In this document: positions 47,291 through 56,567 of the stretch, one piece after another
How positions within the stretch are numbered: position 1 is the first letter of the stretch
Layout: every line of letters starts with the position of its first letter
Assembly (NCBI GenBank): GCA_965202845.1
Contig: OZ241856.1
Span: 1,452,012 to 1,516,011 of the forward strand
Reading direction: 5' to 3'
From: Candidatus Marinacidobacterium sp.
GTDB lineage: Bacteria > Acidobacteriota > Vicinamibacteria > Marinacidobacterales > Marinacidobacteraceae
DNA length: 64,000 nt
Program-made: the position numbers and the translations under genes
Notes under the pieces: model-generated
The model's database searches: none
Seen by the model: only the letters and a program-made list of their open reading frames with translations
Told to the model about the DNA's origin: nothing

Positions 47291-48100
47291 GTGCTTTTCT
47301 CCTCCCGCCCGGTCCGTCTCGGCGTCTTCGGGCTGCTCCTGGCCGGCTTGGTCGCTCTGGTCGCGGCGGCGCTCGGCGCCTGGCGAACCGACGAAATCAG
47401 CAATGGGGCCGCCGCGAGAGTGCCGACGATTTCCGTCAACGTGCGGAGCGAACCGCGGCAGCGGGAAGAGGACGCCACCCCGGTTGGCCGACTGGTCTCC
47501 GCTTCGTCGCATGCCGACGCCGAAACTGTCCGCGCGCTTCTCGCGCAAGGCGCGAGTCCGAACACCCAGGACATCAATGGCGAGCTGCCGCTCCATCGCG
47601 CCGCGGGCGCCGGAAGCCTCGAGGTCGTGGAGTTGCTGCTGGACGCTGGCGCGGACGTGGACACGGCCTGTGGACTCGGCTGGTTCCCGCTTGCCCATGC
47701 GGCCGATTCGGGTTCTCCCGAGGTAACTGCACGACTGCTGGAGGCCGGCGCTTCCCCCCGGGACTCCACATCGGGAGAATCGCCGATTTTCCAAGTGGTA
47801 TACGGCGCGATGTCCTCCAGGCACGGACTATCGGACGCCACCAGCGCGACCGAAGAACAACGAGTGGAGGTCCTGCAAACGCTCCTTGAAGCCGGAGCGA
47901 GCACATCCGGGATGGACGTTCTGCTGTTCCATGCGATTTTCATGACCCAAAGCGCGGACATCCTGTCGGTCCTGCTGGGGCACGGCGCTCGGCTTGACCT
48001 TGCATCGAGAGAGGGGCGCGCGCTCCTGAACCTTCCTGGCGCCCTCGGGGAACGCCTCCGGGAAGCGCATGAGAATTCCGAAGCGGCATCCACGCCGTGA
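47291..48100 (+). CDS. Membrane-anchored or secreted ankyrin-repeat protein
   Basis: N-terminal hydrophobic segment; G.LPLHRAA..G..EVVELLLDAGADV and PLAHAA..G...LLEAGA repeats. Confidence 0.85.
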   Translation: MLFSSRPVRLGVFGLLLAGLVALVAAALGAWRTDEISNGAAARVPTISVNVRSEPRQREEDATPVGRLVSASSHADAETVRALLAQGASPNTQDINGELPLHRAAGAGSLEVVELLLDAGADVDTACGLGWFPLAHAADSGSPEVTARLLEAGASPRDSTSGESPIFQVVYGAMSSRHGLSDATSATEEQRVEVLQTLLEAGASTSGMDVLLFHAIFMTQSADILSVLLGHGARLDLASREGRALLNLPGALGERLREAHENSEAASTP

Positions 48101-48180
48101 ATACCCTGTTTTTGTTCCGTCCCATCCCATCCATAGCCCCCTTGAAGGGAGGGCCAACAGACCCAAAGGAGATTTGTGAC

Positions 48181-48339
48181 ATGACGAGGAAGTTCGGAAA
48201 GCTCTCCATCGCCGTCGCTGTTGTCGGCGCGATTCTCATTCCCAGCGCGTTCGCTCTGGCGCAGGATTGCCACTACCATGTGGTCTGCGTGGTCAAACCG
48301 CATGGTTCGATTTGCGTTGACCTCTGGCTTTGCTTCTGA
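48181..48339 (+). CDS. 52-aa secreted four-cysteine peptide precursor
   Basis: AAAGGAG SD 9 nt before ATG; signal peptide ending AFALA; core QDCHYHVVCVVKPHGSICVDLWLCF. Confidence 0.75.
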   Translation: MTRKFGKLSIAVAVVGAILIPSAFALAQDCHYHVVCVVKPHGSICVDLWLCF

Positions 48340-48363
48340 TTCTTTGACCGCTGACTGAGCGGC

Positions 48364-50748
48364 ATGGACGGGATCGTCCAGAGGATCCGTAGCCGCATTC
48401 CGTTTCCCGTTCGGCTCGCGTGGAAATCGCTCGCCGGGCGGCCGGGGAACACTCTCGCGGTATTGCTGGCGCTGTCGTGCGCCCTGGGCGCCCACGGCGC
48501 GGTGGCCGCCCTGTGGTCCACCGTGATGCGCCCGGACTTGCCCTGGTCGGAGCCGGAGCGTCTGATCCGCCTGGAGGCGGTCGGCGCGGCTCCCCTGCGT
48601 CCGGGAAGCGAGCACCTCTTCGGCGCCGAAGTCGAAGCGCTCCAGGAGGAAGCGGAGTCCTTCGAGTGGGTGGGGCACTATGTGCGGGCGGACATGCCCA
48701 TGGGCGAACGCGGCGAGCGCCTGATCCGAACCGCCGTCGTGGATCCCGGCCTCCTGAAGACGCTTGGCGTCCCGCCCGCCTTCGGAAGACTGTTCCGGGA
48801 CGACGACCACACGCCGAGCGGAACTGGGGCGTCTTTCGACCTGTTCCGCCCCGATTACGGGGAACCAGCCGCGATCCTCGCGCACCGGCTCGCGTCGCGC
48901 CTGGCGCCGGACCCCGAGGCGATGCAGGACGCGGACATCGTCCTCAACGGGACCCGGTTCCGCGTCGTCGGGATCATGCCCGATTCGTTCTTCTTCCCCG
49001 ACCGGGAGACCGAAGCCTGGCTCCCGAAGGCCGACCGGCCGCTCCCGCCGCCCACCCGCTCCCGCAGCAACGCTCCCACCTTCGGACGCCTGCGGATCGG
49101 AGTTTCCCCGGCGGCAGCCGGGGAGGAAGCCACCGGCATCGTCCGCCGCATGCATCTGCGCTCGGAGGATCAGCGGGTGCAGGCGACCCCCATCCGGGAA
49201 ATCGGGATCCGCCCGATTCGAACGACCGCCGTCGCGCTGCGCCTGGGCGCGTGGCTGCTGGTGTTCGCCGCCGCCGGGAGCGTGGTGGGGCTGGGCCTCT
49301 CGCGCCGCGCCGCCGAAGCGCGAAACGCCGCAGTACGCCGATGGGTGGGCGCCACGCCGGCAGACGAAGCCCGGATCGCCCTCGTCCGTTGGGGGCTGCT
49401 CGCGGCGGGCGCCGGAGGAGGCGCATGGATCGTCGGTTCGCTGGCGACGCCTTTCCTGCGTCCGGTCGTCGGCTTGCACGGTCCGGAGTTGGCGCTCGCC
49501 TGGCCCGAAACCGGGGAGGTAGCGCTCGGAACCCTGCTCGCCGCCGGGATCGCCGAGTTCCTGGGCGCCCTGCGTGGACCGGGGCGCTCCGGGCGGCAGA
49601 CGGGGACGCTGGCGTTTCTCGGCGGAGGCGTCGCGGTAGCCACCGTCACCCTGATCATCACCGTCGCCCTGGGGGGCGCGGCGTGGCGACTTCTCGAAGG
49701 AAGCGGAAGCTACCCCGGGAGACGCCTCGCGCAACTGACGGTCCGCTTCGACGGCGCCGCCCTTGCCGTACCGGAGCAGACCCGCCTGCTGGACCGGCTC
49801 GTCCGGCGCATCGAGTCGCTCCCCGAAGTCGAAGCGGCCGGGTGGGCCGACGAGATGCCGGACGCGATGGGCGGCCGGAGCATCAGCTACGACCCCCGCG
49901 CCGAAAAGTCCGCTTCGCAGATCCGGTCCCGCTCCATCGGACCGGGCTTTCTGAACGTCCTCGGCATTCCGGTGGTGGCCGGACGCGGCACCCTTCCCAC
50001 CGACGATCCGCCCGCCGAACCGGTCGTCCTGGTGGATCGGACGCTCGCCGCCGACCTGGAGATCGGCGATCTGGCGCGGCTGGGGTCGATTTCCCCCCAA
50101 GTGGTGGGCGTGGTTCCCGACATCGGCGCGTTTCCCTCCACCCGCCCGGTTCCCACCGTGTACCAGCCCTTCGCGACGGCGAGCGCCGCCTTTGCATTCC
50201 TTCCGCGCACCCGGGCGGTGGTCGCCGTCCGGTTCCGGGACCGGGTGGACGCGGCCGCCCTCAGCCAGCTTGCGGCGCTGCCGGCCGAAACCGACCCGCT
50301 GCTGAGCGCGCTCCGAGTGGAATCGGTGCTGGAGCGACGACGGCGTTCGCTGGGCGCGCCCCTGCTCGGCGCGATGGTCATCGGGGTGTTCGCCGCCTGC
50401 GGGATTCTCCTCGCCCTCGCCGGAGCGATCGGTCAGGTGGCCGACCTCGCCCGGCGATCGGTTCGCCCGGTGGCCATCCGCCAGGCGCTCGGCGCGCCTC
50501 CCGACCTCGTGGTGTGGGAACTGACCCGCCGGGCGCTGTTCGCGACGGTCCTCGGCGTGCTGACCGGCGGGTTCGGCGGCTGGATCGTGACGCGGTGGAT
50601 CGCGGAGCGGGTCGTCTGGGCGCCGGAGGCCGGGCCGGCAGCCTACTTCGGCCCGATGGCGCTGCTGACGCTGCTCGTCGGCGTCGCCAGCCTGGTCGCC
50701 GGGTATCGCGCCTCCCGCGCCGAACCCTGGCCGCGGCTTACGGTCTGA
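48364..50748 (+). CDS. Duplicated MacB/FtsX-type ABC permease (ADOP-like), no cognate ATPase in window
   Basis: PERL..L, LGV.P.FGR.F, VVGIMP..F.FP, LGIPVVAGR, AIRQALGA; two-fold internal repeat. Confidence 0.85.
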   Translation: MDGIVQRIRSRIPFPVRLAWKSLAGRPGNTLAVLLALSCALGAHGAVAALWSTVMRPDLPWSEPERLIRLEAVGAAPLRPGSEHLFGAEVEALQEEAESFEWVGHYVRADMPMGERGERLIRTAVVDPGLLKTLGVPPAFGRLFRDDDHTPSGTGASFDLFRPDYGEPAAILAHRLASRLAPDPEAMQDADIVLNGTRFRVVGIMPDSFFFPDRETEAWLPKADRPLPPPTRSRSNAPTFGRLRIGVSPAAAGEEATGIVRRMHLRSEDQRVQATPIREIGIRPIRTTAVALRLGAWLLVFAAAGSVVGLGLSRRAAEARNAAVRRWVGATPADEARIALVRWGLLAAGAGGGAWIVGSLATPFLRPVVGLHGPELALAWPETGEVALGTLLAAGIAEFLGALRGPGRSGRQTGTLAFLGGGVAVATVTLIITVALGGAAWRLLEGSGSYPGRRLAQLTVRFDGAALAVPEQTRLLDRLVRRIESLPEVEAAGWADEMPDAMGGRSISYDPRAEKSASQIRSRSIGPGFLNVLGIPVVAGRGTLPTDDPPAEPVVLVDRTLAADLEIGDLARLGSISPQVVGVVPDIGAFPSTRPVPTVYQPFATASAAFAFLPRTRAVVAVRFRDRVDAAALSQLAALPAETDPLLSALRVESVLERRRRSLGAPLLGAMVIGVFAACGILLALAGAIGQVADLARRSVRPVAIRQALGAPPDLVVWELTRRALFATVLGVLTGGFGGWIVTRWIAERVVWAPEAGPAAYFGPMALLTLLVGVASLVAGYRASRAEPWPRLTV

Positions 50749-51109
50749 CCGCGCTCCGGGTCCGGGTCCAATCGAGCGGATTCGGCCGGTACCGCGGCTC
50801 GGCCCACGGCGTCTCCGGGCCCCCCTCCCCTTCGCCTTCGCTCTCCGGCCCCTGCGTCGCCTCCAGGTAGTCCAGCACCTTCTCCCGACTCTCGTCGTCC
50901 AGCGGCTCCATCCCCATCCCCACCATGACGTCGAGCATCTCGTCCCAGGTCTCCCGGTCGAACTCCGCCGACGTGATGTAGCTGTCCTCGTGGCAGGCCA
51001 GGCACTGCTCCCGGACCAGCTCCACGTGCGGGCCGTCCTTCAGGTTGTCGGTCTGCCCAAGCGCCGGGGCGGCGAAGGCCAGCAGCAGCGCTGCGCGCAA
51101 AACTCTCAT
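50738..51109 (-). CDS. Periplasmic monoheme cytochrome c, partner of the sulfite oxidase
   Basis: Signal peptide, CLACH, W...M motif; directly downstream of the molybdoenzyme. Confidence 0.82.
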   Translation of the reverse strand: MRVLRAALLLAFAAPALGQTDNLKDGPHVELVREQCLACHEDSYITSAEFDRETWDEMLDVMVGMGMEPLDDESREKVLDYLEATQGPESEGEGEGGPETPWAEPRYRPNPLDWTRTRSAVRP

Positions 51110-51111
51110 GT

Positions 51112-52344
51112 TCAGATCACCGTGACCGCGATGCGGTGCATCGCGTTGTTGAGATACCCCCGGGGGTTCCAGCCCGGAGTCACCATCGGTTGCATGCGAC
51201 CGGAATCATCGGTCGCCCGCGCCCACACTTCGTAGTGGCCGGGAATGTCGAAAACGAGACGCCCCTCCCAACGCTGCCAGGCGAACCGGTTCTCCGGCGC
51301 CTCGAGTCGGCAGTCGACCCAGGTCGCGCCGAAGTCGGCGCTCAGATGCATCGCCGCCACCCGCCCGGCGCCCGACCAGGCATGCCCGCGCAGCGCGAGC
51401 GACCCCACCACCGAGCGCCGCACGCCCGACGCCGGTGCGGTGATGATCGACTTCACCGGCATCGTCTCGATGATCCGCATGTCTGCTTCCGGAACTTCGG
51501 TTCCGGGCGCCACCGGCTCGCGCGGCATCCGGTAGGAATGACCGGTCATCTTCGGGCCGTCGTGCACCCGGTCCCGGATCCAAAGACGCCGCAGCCACTT
51601 GCCGCTGGCGGACGCCGGATAGCCGGGCGCGACCAGCCGCAGCGGAAATCCGTGGATCGGCGGCAGCGGCTCGCCATTCATTTCGAACGCCAGGATCGTG
51701 TCCGGATCGAGCGCCTTCGAGACCGGAATCCCCCGGGAGATCGGAACGGCGTCCGCATCGCCGCCGCCCAGCGGCGGGTCCTCCCCGTACCAGGCCACGT
51801 ACACCGCGCTCGAACGCAAGCCGGCGGACTCGAGGACATCGCGCAGCCGCACCCCGGCGTACCTGGCGCAGCCCACCGCTCCCAGCCACCAGGGGTTGCC
51901 CGCCGCCGCCGGACGAAACGCCGCCCGGCCGTTGCCGGCGCACTCCAGCACCAGCGACAGCGAGACGGTCTCGAACGCGGTCGCCAGATCATCGAACGAC
52001 AGTTCCAGTTCGGCCTCGACTTCGCCGTCCACCTTCAGGGTCCAGCCATCCAGGTCCCCGGCGAGCGCCCGCTCCGGGATGCCCCCGTTGTTCCGCACGA
52101 AGTGCCGGTCGTTGGGGGTGTAGCGCGGGTCGAGGTCGGTGACCCAGGTTTCGGCGTTCACCGGGCGGTCGCTCAGCACCCGGAGATCGGTCTTCCCGGC
52201 GATCGCCGCCGACGGGGGGCGCTGCCGCCCCTCTCCGGCTGCGGAGGCGGCGATCCCGGGCAGGAGCGCGCTGGCGCCGAGGAACCGGCGACGGGAGAGC
52301 GGAGAGGCGGGCACTGCGCGGATCGTACCGGATTGGGAGGTCAT
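51112..52344 (-). CDS. Tat-exported sulfite oxidase-family molybdoenzyme (SorA/SorT-like)
   Basis: SRRRFL Tat motif, HFVRNN, LECAGNGR, MNGEPLPPIHGFPLR, KWL, WNPRGY.NN. Confidence 0.9.
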   Translation of the reverse strand: MTSQSGTIRAVPASPLSRRRFLGASALLPGIAASAAGEGRQRPPSAAIAGKTDLRVLSDRPVNAETWVTDLDPRYTPNDRHFVRNNGGIPERALAGDLDGWTLKVDGEVEAELELSFDDLATAFETVSLSLVLECAGNGRAAFRPAAAGNPWWLGAVGCARYAGVRLRDVLESAGLRSSAVYVAWYGEDPPLGGGDADAVPISRGIPVSKALDPDTILAFEMNGEPLPPIHGFPLRLVAPGYPASASGKWLRRLWIRDRVHDGPKMTGHSYRMPREPVAPGTEVPEADMRIIETMPVKSIITAPASGVRRSVVGSLALRGHAWSGAGRVAAMHLSADFGATWVDCRLEAPENRFAWQRWEGRLVFDIPGHYEVWARATDDSGRMQPMVTPGWNPRGYLNNAMHRIAVTVI

Positions 52345-52368
52345 TCCGTCTCGTTCAGGAAGTCGCCG
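52343..52368. repeat. 26-bp direct repeat, copy 1
   Basis: ATTCCGTCTCGTTCAGGAAGTCGCCG, identical to 54278-54303. Confidence 0.95.
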
Positions 52369-52987
52369 GGCGGCGCGCGGAAGCCACGATCCATTCCGTG
52401 AGCAAATGCACGGTCGTGGACGGGTTCCCGCCCGGGCGTCCCGCCTCCTCCCTGCGTCGCGCCGCCCGGGAAGCCCTTCGGACGGCCGCGGGATAGCGGC
52501 GCGCGATGGCTTCCCGATCCTCGAAACGCTTGTTGCTCCTGACGCCGTATGGAAAGTGCAACGTTTCCAGCATGCGCTGGCATTCCCGACTCCCGAGGGG
52601 CGCGTTCTGTTCCCGGTAGTGGAGAATCCCCCAGAGTTCGAAACACGGATTCGAAATGGCCGTGCGGATACCCTTGCGGCGCGCCAGATCCCTCGCCTCG
52701 TCGAATCTCGAATGGCTATCCCGGTCAAACAGCGCCCAGAAGGAATCCCCGGCGGCGAGCCGATCCCGCTTCGATTTCTCCGATTCCTCGATCGCCCGTT
52801 CCACCACGGCTCGGGGATCGCCTCCAACCGGAATCGGAACCACTCTCGCTGCGGATCGATCTCCATGGATGTCGCTGAATACCTTGAGATACCCCGGTTC
52901 GGTCACCACCCCTTCGGTAGCGACCACGATGCGCGAGGCCGGCTGGCGGATGGCCGGGCGTCGCGCGATGCGCCTGACTCGACTCAT
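52355..52987 (-). CDS. rloB: RloB-family protein (AbiLii-like)
   Basis: TEG..TEP.Y, WALFDRD, SNPCFELW..LHY, NPST.V. Confidence 0.9.
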   Translation of the reverse strand: MSRVRRIARRPAIRQPASRIVVATEGVVTEPGYLKVFSDIHGDRSAARVVPIPVGGDPRAVVERAIEESEKSKRDRLAAGDSFWALFDRDSHSRFDEARDLARRKGIRTAISNPCFELWGILHYREQNAPLGSRECQRMLETLHFPYGVRSNKRFEDREAIARRYPAAVRRASRAARRREEAGRPGGNPSTTVHLLTEWIVASARRPATS

Positions 52988-54252
52988 GGCGCTCGCAAAT
53001 CGATGAAAAAATCATCCCCCGCCGGAACGCCTCCAAACCGTCCCAGGCGGTACGCCTTCTCGATGTCATCGCGGGAGCGCAATTGGAAATCCATCAATGG
53101 CGTGAACCGGGACTCTCCCTCGCCAGTCTTGTCGATCAGCCAGATTGCATCCGAATCCAGGACGCCACTTCCGAGCAGCGCGACATCATGCGTGGAAAAA
53201 ACAAGTTGCGCGCCGCGCGGGTTGGATTCCTTCCTTGCGAAAAGCGAGACGAACGCCCGCGCCAGATTCGGATGAAGGCTGGTATCCAGTTCGTCGATCA
53301 CGAGCAGCGACCCGCGTTCGAGCGCTTCCAGCGCCGGAACGAGCAAGCAGACAAGAACCTGTGTTCCCCTGCTTTCCGTGGCGTATCCGAAAGCCGCCGC
53401 GCGATCCCCGGCCGCCGCATGCATGAAACGAAGCCGCTTCCGGCGCCGGATAGCCTCCACCAAGGAAGTCTCGTCGCTATCCTTGACTTCCTCATCTTCC
53501 ACATGCATGCCGATGATTCCCACATCGGCCTGGCGCAGGATGGCGAGAAGACGTTCCCGGCGCTCATGTTCGGCCAAGCGCTTCGCAACATCATGGGCAT
53601 GCATGCCATTCATGGCCTCCGAACTCAAGACAGTCGTCCATTTCCCGGCGAAATGCCGGTACAAATCCGCCAGCAATGGGTGATTGTTCTGGGCGGCGGC
53701 GGAAAGAAACAGACTGTTCGGACGAGTCCAATTGACGATCGCGCGGTTCGATCCCCGCAGATGGCTGCCGAATTGCACCTGAATCCTTCCGTCCCCGGTC
53801 GCGCGCTCGAAAAGCAATTGGGTGCTTTGTCGTTTCTTTCGCACGATGCGAAACAACCATTCGCGTTGAAACTGCGCGTCCACGTACTCGAACCCATATT
53901 CGTACACGGTTCCGGCCGTCCCTTCTCCGGCGACGAACGTGCAATCGAACCGCGTCGGTTTCGCGCTGGACGCATCGTCCAGCCGAAACGGGTCCCGGGG
54001 AATGGGATCGGCGGCGCCCAGGGACGTGTGGGACCGAACAATCAATCTCCGAAACGCATCCATCGCATCGATGAGATTCGATTTTCCCGCCGCATTGCCG
54101 CCGTAGAGCGCGACAACCGGAACCGCACTCTCCCCGAGCGTCGGCGCCGGGATCGACTGCCCGCTTCGCCGGACGCGTCTGGACGCGCTCAAGTGAAGCT
54201 CCTGGTAATCGCGAATGGAGCGGTGGTTGGCGACTCCGAAACGCAGCAGCAT
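52984..54252 (-). CDS. RloA/AbiLi-like ABC-type ATPase (AAA_21)
   Basis: F.VANHRSIRD, YGGNAAGKSNL, ESRGT, IDELDTSLHP, FSTHD, Y..GRFGGVP; ATGA-coupled to rloB. Confidence 0.9.
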   Translation of the reverse strand: MLLRFGVANHRSIRDYQELHLSASRRVRRSGQSIPAPTLGESAVPVVALYGGNAAGKSNLIDAMDAFRRLIVRSHTSLGAADPIPRDPFRLDDASSAKPTRFDCTFVAGEGTAGTVYEYGFEYVDAQFQREWLFRIVRKKRQSTQLLFERATGDGRIQVQFGSHLRGSNRAIVNWTRPNSLFLSAAAQNNHPLLADLYRHFAGKWTTVLSSEAMNGMHAHDVAKRLAEHERRERLLAILRQADVGIIGMHVEDEEVKDSDETSLVEAIRRRKRLRFMHAAAGDRAAAFGYATESRGTQVLVCLLVPALEALERGSLLVIDELDTSLHPNLARAFVSLFARKESNPRGAQLVFSTHDVALLGSGVLDSDAIWLIDKTGEGESRFTPLMDFQLRSRDDIEKAYRLGRFGGVPAGDDFFIDLRAP

Positions 54253-54266
54253 GGGAACGTTTCATT

Positions 54267-55079
54267 CTAGCGGACGGATTCCGTCTCGTTCAGGAAGTCG
54301 CCGAGGGTCCACCAGTTGGCGGGTCCCCTGCCCCCCGCCTCGCCGTACACCAGAACGAGGTCGTAGGCCGCCTCCCCCTCCCCGGCGATTTCCGCCGAGA
54401 GGAACAGCGCCTCGCGTTTCGCGCCCAGCAGCGCGCACGCACCAAGCGGGACCTGGGCCAGGAACAGGCTTTCGGCGCGGGCCGGTTCGCCGCCCAGGGC
54501 GGCTTCCACGATCGGGGTCATCGCCTCCCGGGTGGCGCAGCCGGGAGCGCCTTCCAGCTCGAAGTCCACCCCGGGGCGTTCCAGGGTCGCATCGAGAAGC
54601 ACCGTTTCCCCCGGACGGAAACGCGCGAAGACCCGGTGGTTCGGGTCGGCGGGCAACTCCGGCACCCGCCGATCCAGATCGACGCCGTCGAGGCGCAGCG
54701 AGGCGCCCGATGCCAGACCGATGCTCCCGGCCGGCACGCCGACCCCGTCCCGGTCGTGATCGCCCCGGCGAATCCGGTAGGCGAACTCCAGCCGGTCCCC
54801 TTCGACCGGCCGGATTTCCGCCGGCTGGCGGGCGCGTCCGAGATCGAACTCCAGCCACGCCGAGCCGTCCGCCCGGATCGCCCCGCCGCGGGTCAAGGTG
54901 AGCGCGAAGACCAGGGTCTCCCCCGCCAGATAGGTGGCGCCGCGCTCCGGCTTCGAGACCCATTCCACCCGGTCCACCCGCGCCGCCCCCGTCGGGGCGG
55001 GAACGGTCGGGCCGTCCCCGTCCGAGGCGCCGTCGCAGGCCGCAAACCCCAGAAGGCCGGCGAGAAGGAGCCGTTTCAC
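54267..55079 (-). CDS. Hypothetical lipoprotein with Ig-like beta domain
   Basis: GTG start overlapping the symporter stop; lipobox FAAC; TY.AGE and L.F.Y....GD.D.DG motifs. Confidence 0.65.
   Translation of the reverse strand: MKRLLLAGLLGFAACDGASDGDGPTVPAPTGAARVDRVEWVSKPERGATYLAGETLVFALTLTRGGAIRADGSAWLEFDLGRARQPAEIRPVEGDRLEFAYRIRRGDHDRDGVGVPAGSIGLASGASLRLDGVDLDRRVPELPADPNHRVFARFRPGETVLLDATLERPGVDFELEGAPGCATREAMTPIVEAALGGEPARAESLFLAQVPLGACALLGAKREALFLSAEIAGEGEAAYDLVLVYGEAGGRGPANWWTLGDFLNETESVR
54278..54303. repeat. 26-bp direct repeat, copy 2
   Basis: Identical to 52343-52368; lies in the 3' end of the lipoprotein gene. Confidence 0.95.
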
Positions 55080-56566
55080 CGGGAGCGGGCCCAGGCGGCG
55101 GCGCGGTCGATTTCGCGTGTTCCCCGCGCCTCCGCCGGAGTGAGCAGGCTGACCACGATCGCGGCGCCAAAGCCGGCCGCGAACCCGACGACCATCTCGT
55201 ACAGATCGTGGAACACCGGTTTTCCGTAGAGGTACCACAGTACCGAGGCCGCGAATCCGACGACCATCCCGGCCACCGCCCCCGGCAGGGTCATGCGCTT
55301 CCAGAACACGCCCAGAATCGCCACCGGCGCGAAGGCGCAACCGAGCCCCGACCACGAGAACAGGACGAAGAAGAACACCACCCGCACTTCGGGAAGCGCG
55401 ACCAGCACCCCGACGACGCCGAGTCCGAAGGTCACGAACTTCCCCAGTCGAACCACCCGCGCCTCGTCCGAGACGAACCGGCCGAGCCGGCCGCCGCGCT
55501 CCCCGACAATCTTCTGGAGCACATCCCGCACCGCGGTGGAGGACGCGAGCAGCAGCACCGAGTCGGCGGTGGACATGATCGCGGCCAGCACCGCCACCAG
55601 GAACAGCCCGGTCACGACCGGGGGCATGAGTTCGGAGGAAAGCAGCGGAAGGATGCCCTCCGGGTCGGCGATCCCGGGATGCAGCACGCGGCCGGCCATC
55701 CCGGTCAAGACCGCCCCCAGGTCGAACAGGATGATGACGAAGGTGGCCATCAGCCCGCCGTCGGAAAGCGCGCGGCGGTCGCGCGAAGCCATGAACCGCA
55801 CCAGAAGCTGGGGCGCGCCCAGGAAGGCGAGTCCGACTCCCAGGTGGCTCGCCACGTCGGCGATCCCCCCGGCCGACCAGCCGTCCGAACCCAGCGGGCG
55901 CAGGAGTCCCGGGTCGGCGGCGCCGAGCGCCTGCCCCAGCGCCGCCAGCCCGCCGACCTCGGCGATGGCGACCAGCGGGAGGGCGACCAACGCCGCCGCC
56001 ATCAGGGAAGCCTGCATCAGGTCGCTCCAGGCGACCGCCTTGAGCCCCCCGAGGCTCGTGTAGAACAGGATCACCACCGCCCCGATGAGAACCCCGGCCT
56101 CGTAGGAGATCCCGGTGAACGACTCGAAGGTCTTGCCCGACGCGGTGAGCTGGGCCGCCATGTAGGTGCCCGCCATCACCAGAATCACCACCGAACCGAT
56201 CCTCCGCAGGATCCGGCGACGGTCGGCGAAACGCTCCTCCATCCAGTCGGCGACGGTGATCGCCGCGTAGCGGTCGGCCAGCGCCTTGAACCGGGGGCCG
56301 ATCACCATCCAGGCGATCGCGGTGGCGAGCACTTCCCCGAACACGATCCACAGCGCGTTCACCCCCAGCAGGTAGCCCATCCCGGTGAGTCCCAGGAGCA
56401 GCCACGCGCTTTCGCCGGTGCTCGCCGCCGAAAACCCCACCACCGCCGCCGGGAGCTTGCGGCCGGCGAGGTAATAGCCGGCGAGGTCGCCGGAGCTCCG
56501 GGCGCTCCAGAGGGCGAGGCCGAACAGAACCGCTAGGTAGGCCCCGAAAACGATCCAGAGGGCCAA
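55076..56566 (-). CDS. Sodium:solute symporter (PutP-like)
   Basis: YYLAGR, S..S.ESAWLLLGL.G, GGLKAVAWSD, AAIMSTADS. Confidence 0.9.
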   Translation of the reverse strand: MALWIVFGAYLAVLFGLALWSARSSGDLAGYYLAGRKLPAAVVGFSAASTGESAWLLLGLTGMGYLLGVNALWIVFGEVLATAIAWMVIGPRFKALADRYAAITVADWMEERFADRRRILRRIGSVVILVMAGTYMAAQLTASGKTFESFTGISYEAGVLIGAVVILFYTSLGGLKAVAWSDLMQASLMAAALVALPLVAIAEVGGLAALGQALGAADPGLLRPLGSDGWSAGGIADVASHLGVGLAFLGAPQLLVRFMASRDRRALSDGGLMATFVIILFDLGAVLTGMAGRVLHPGIADPEGILPLLSSELMPPVVTGLFLVAVLAAIMSTADSVLLLASSTAVRDVLQKIVGERGGRLGRFVSDEARVVRLGKFVTFGLGVVGVLVALPEVRVVFFFVLFSWSGLGCAFAPVAILGVFWKRMTLPGAVAGMVVGFAASVLWYLYGKPVFHDLYEMVVGFAAGFGAAIVVSLLTPAEARGTREIDRAAAWARSR

Positions 56567-56567
56567 A

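Larger units (their letters stand above)
52343..54303. mobile_element. Direct-repeat-bounded defence islet (rloA-rloB)
   Basis: About 1.9 kb, visibly AT-richer, bounded by perfect 26-bp repeats; no recombinase inside. Confidence 0.7.
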
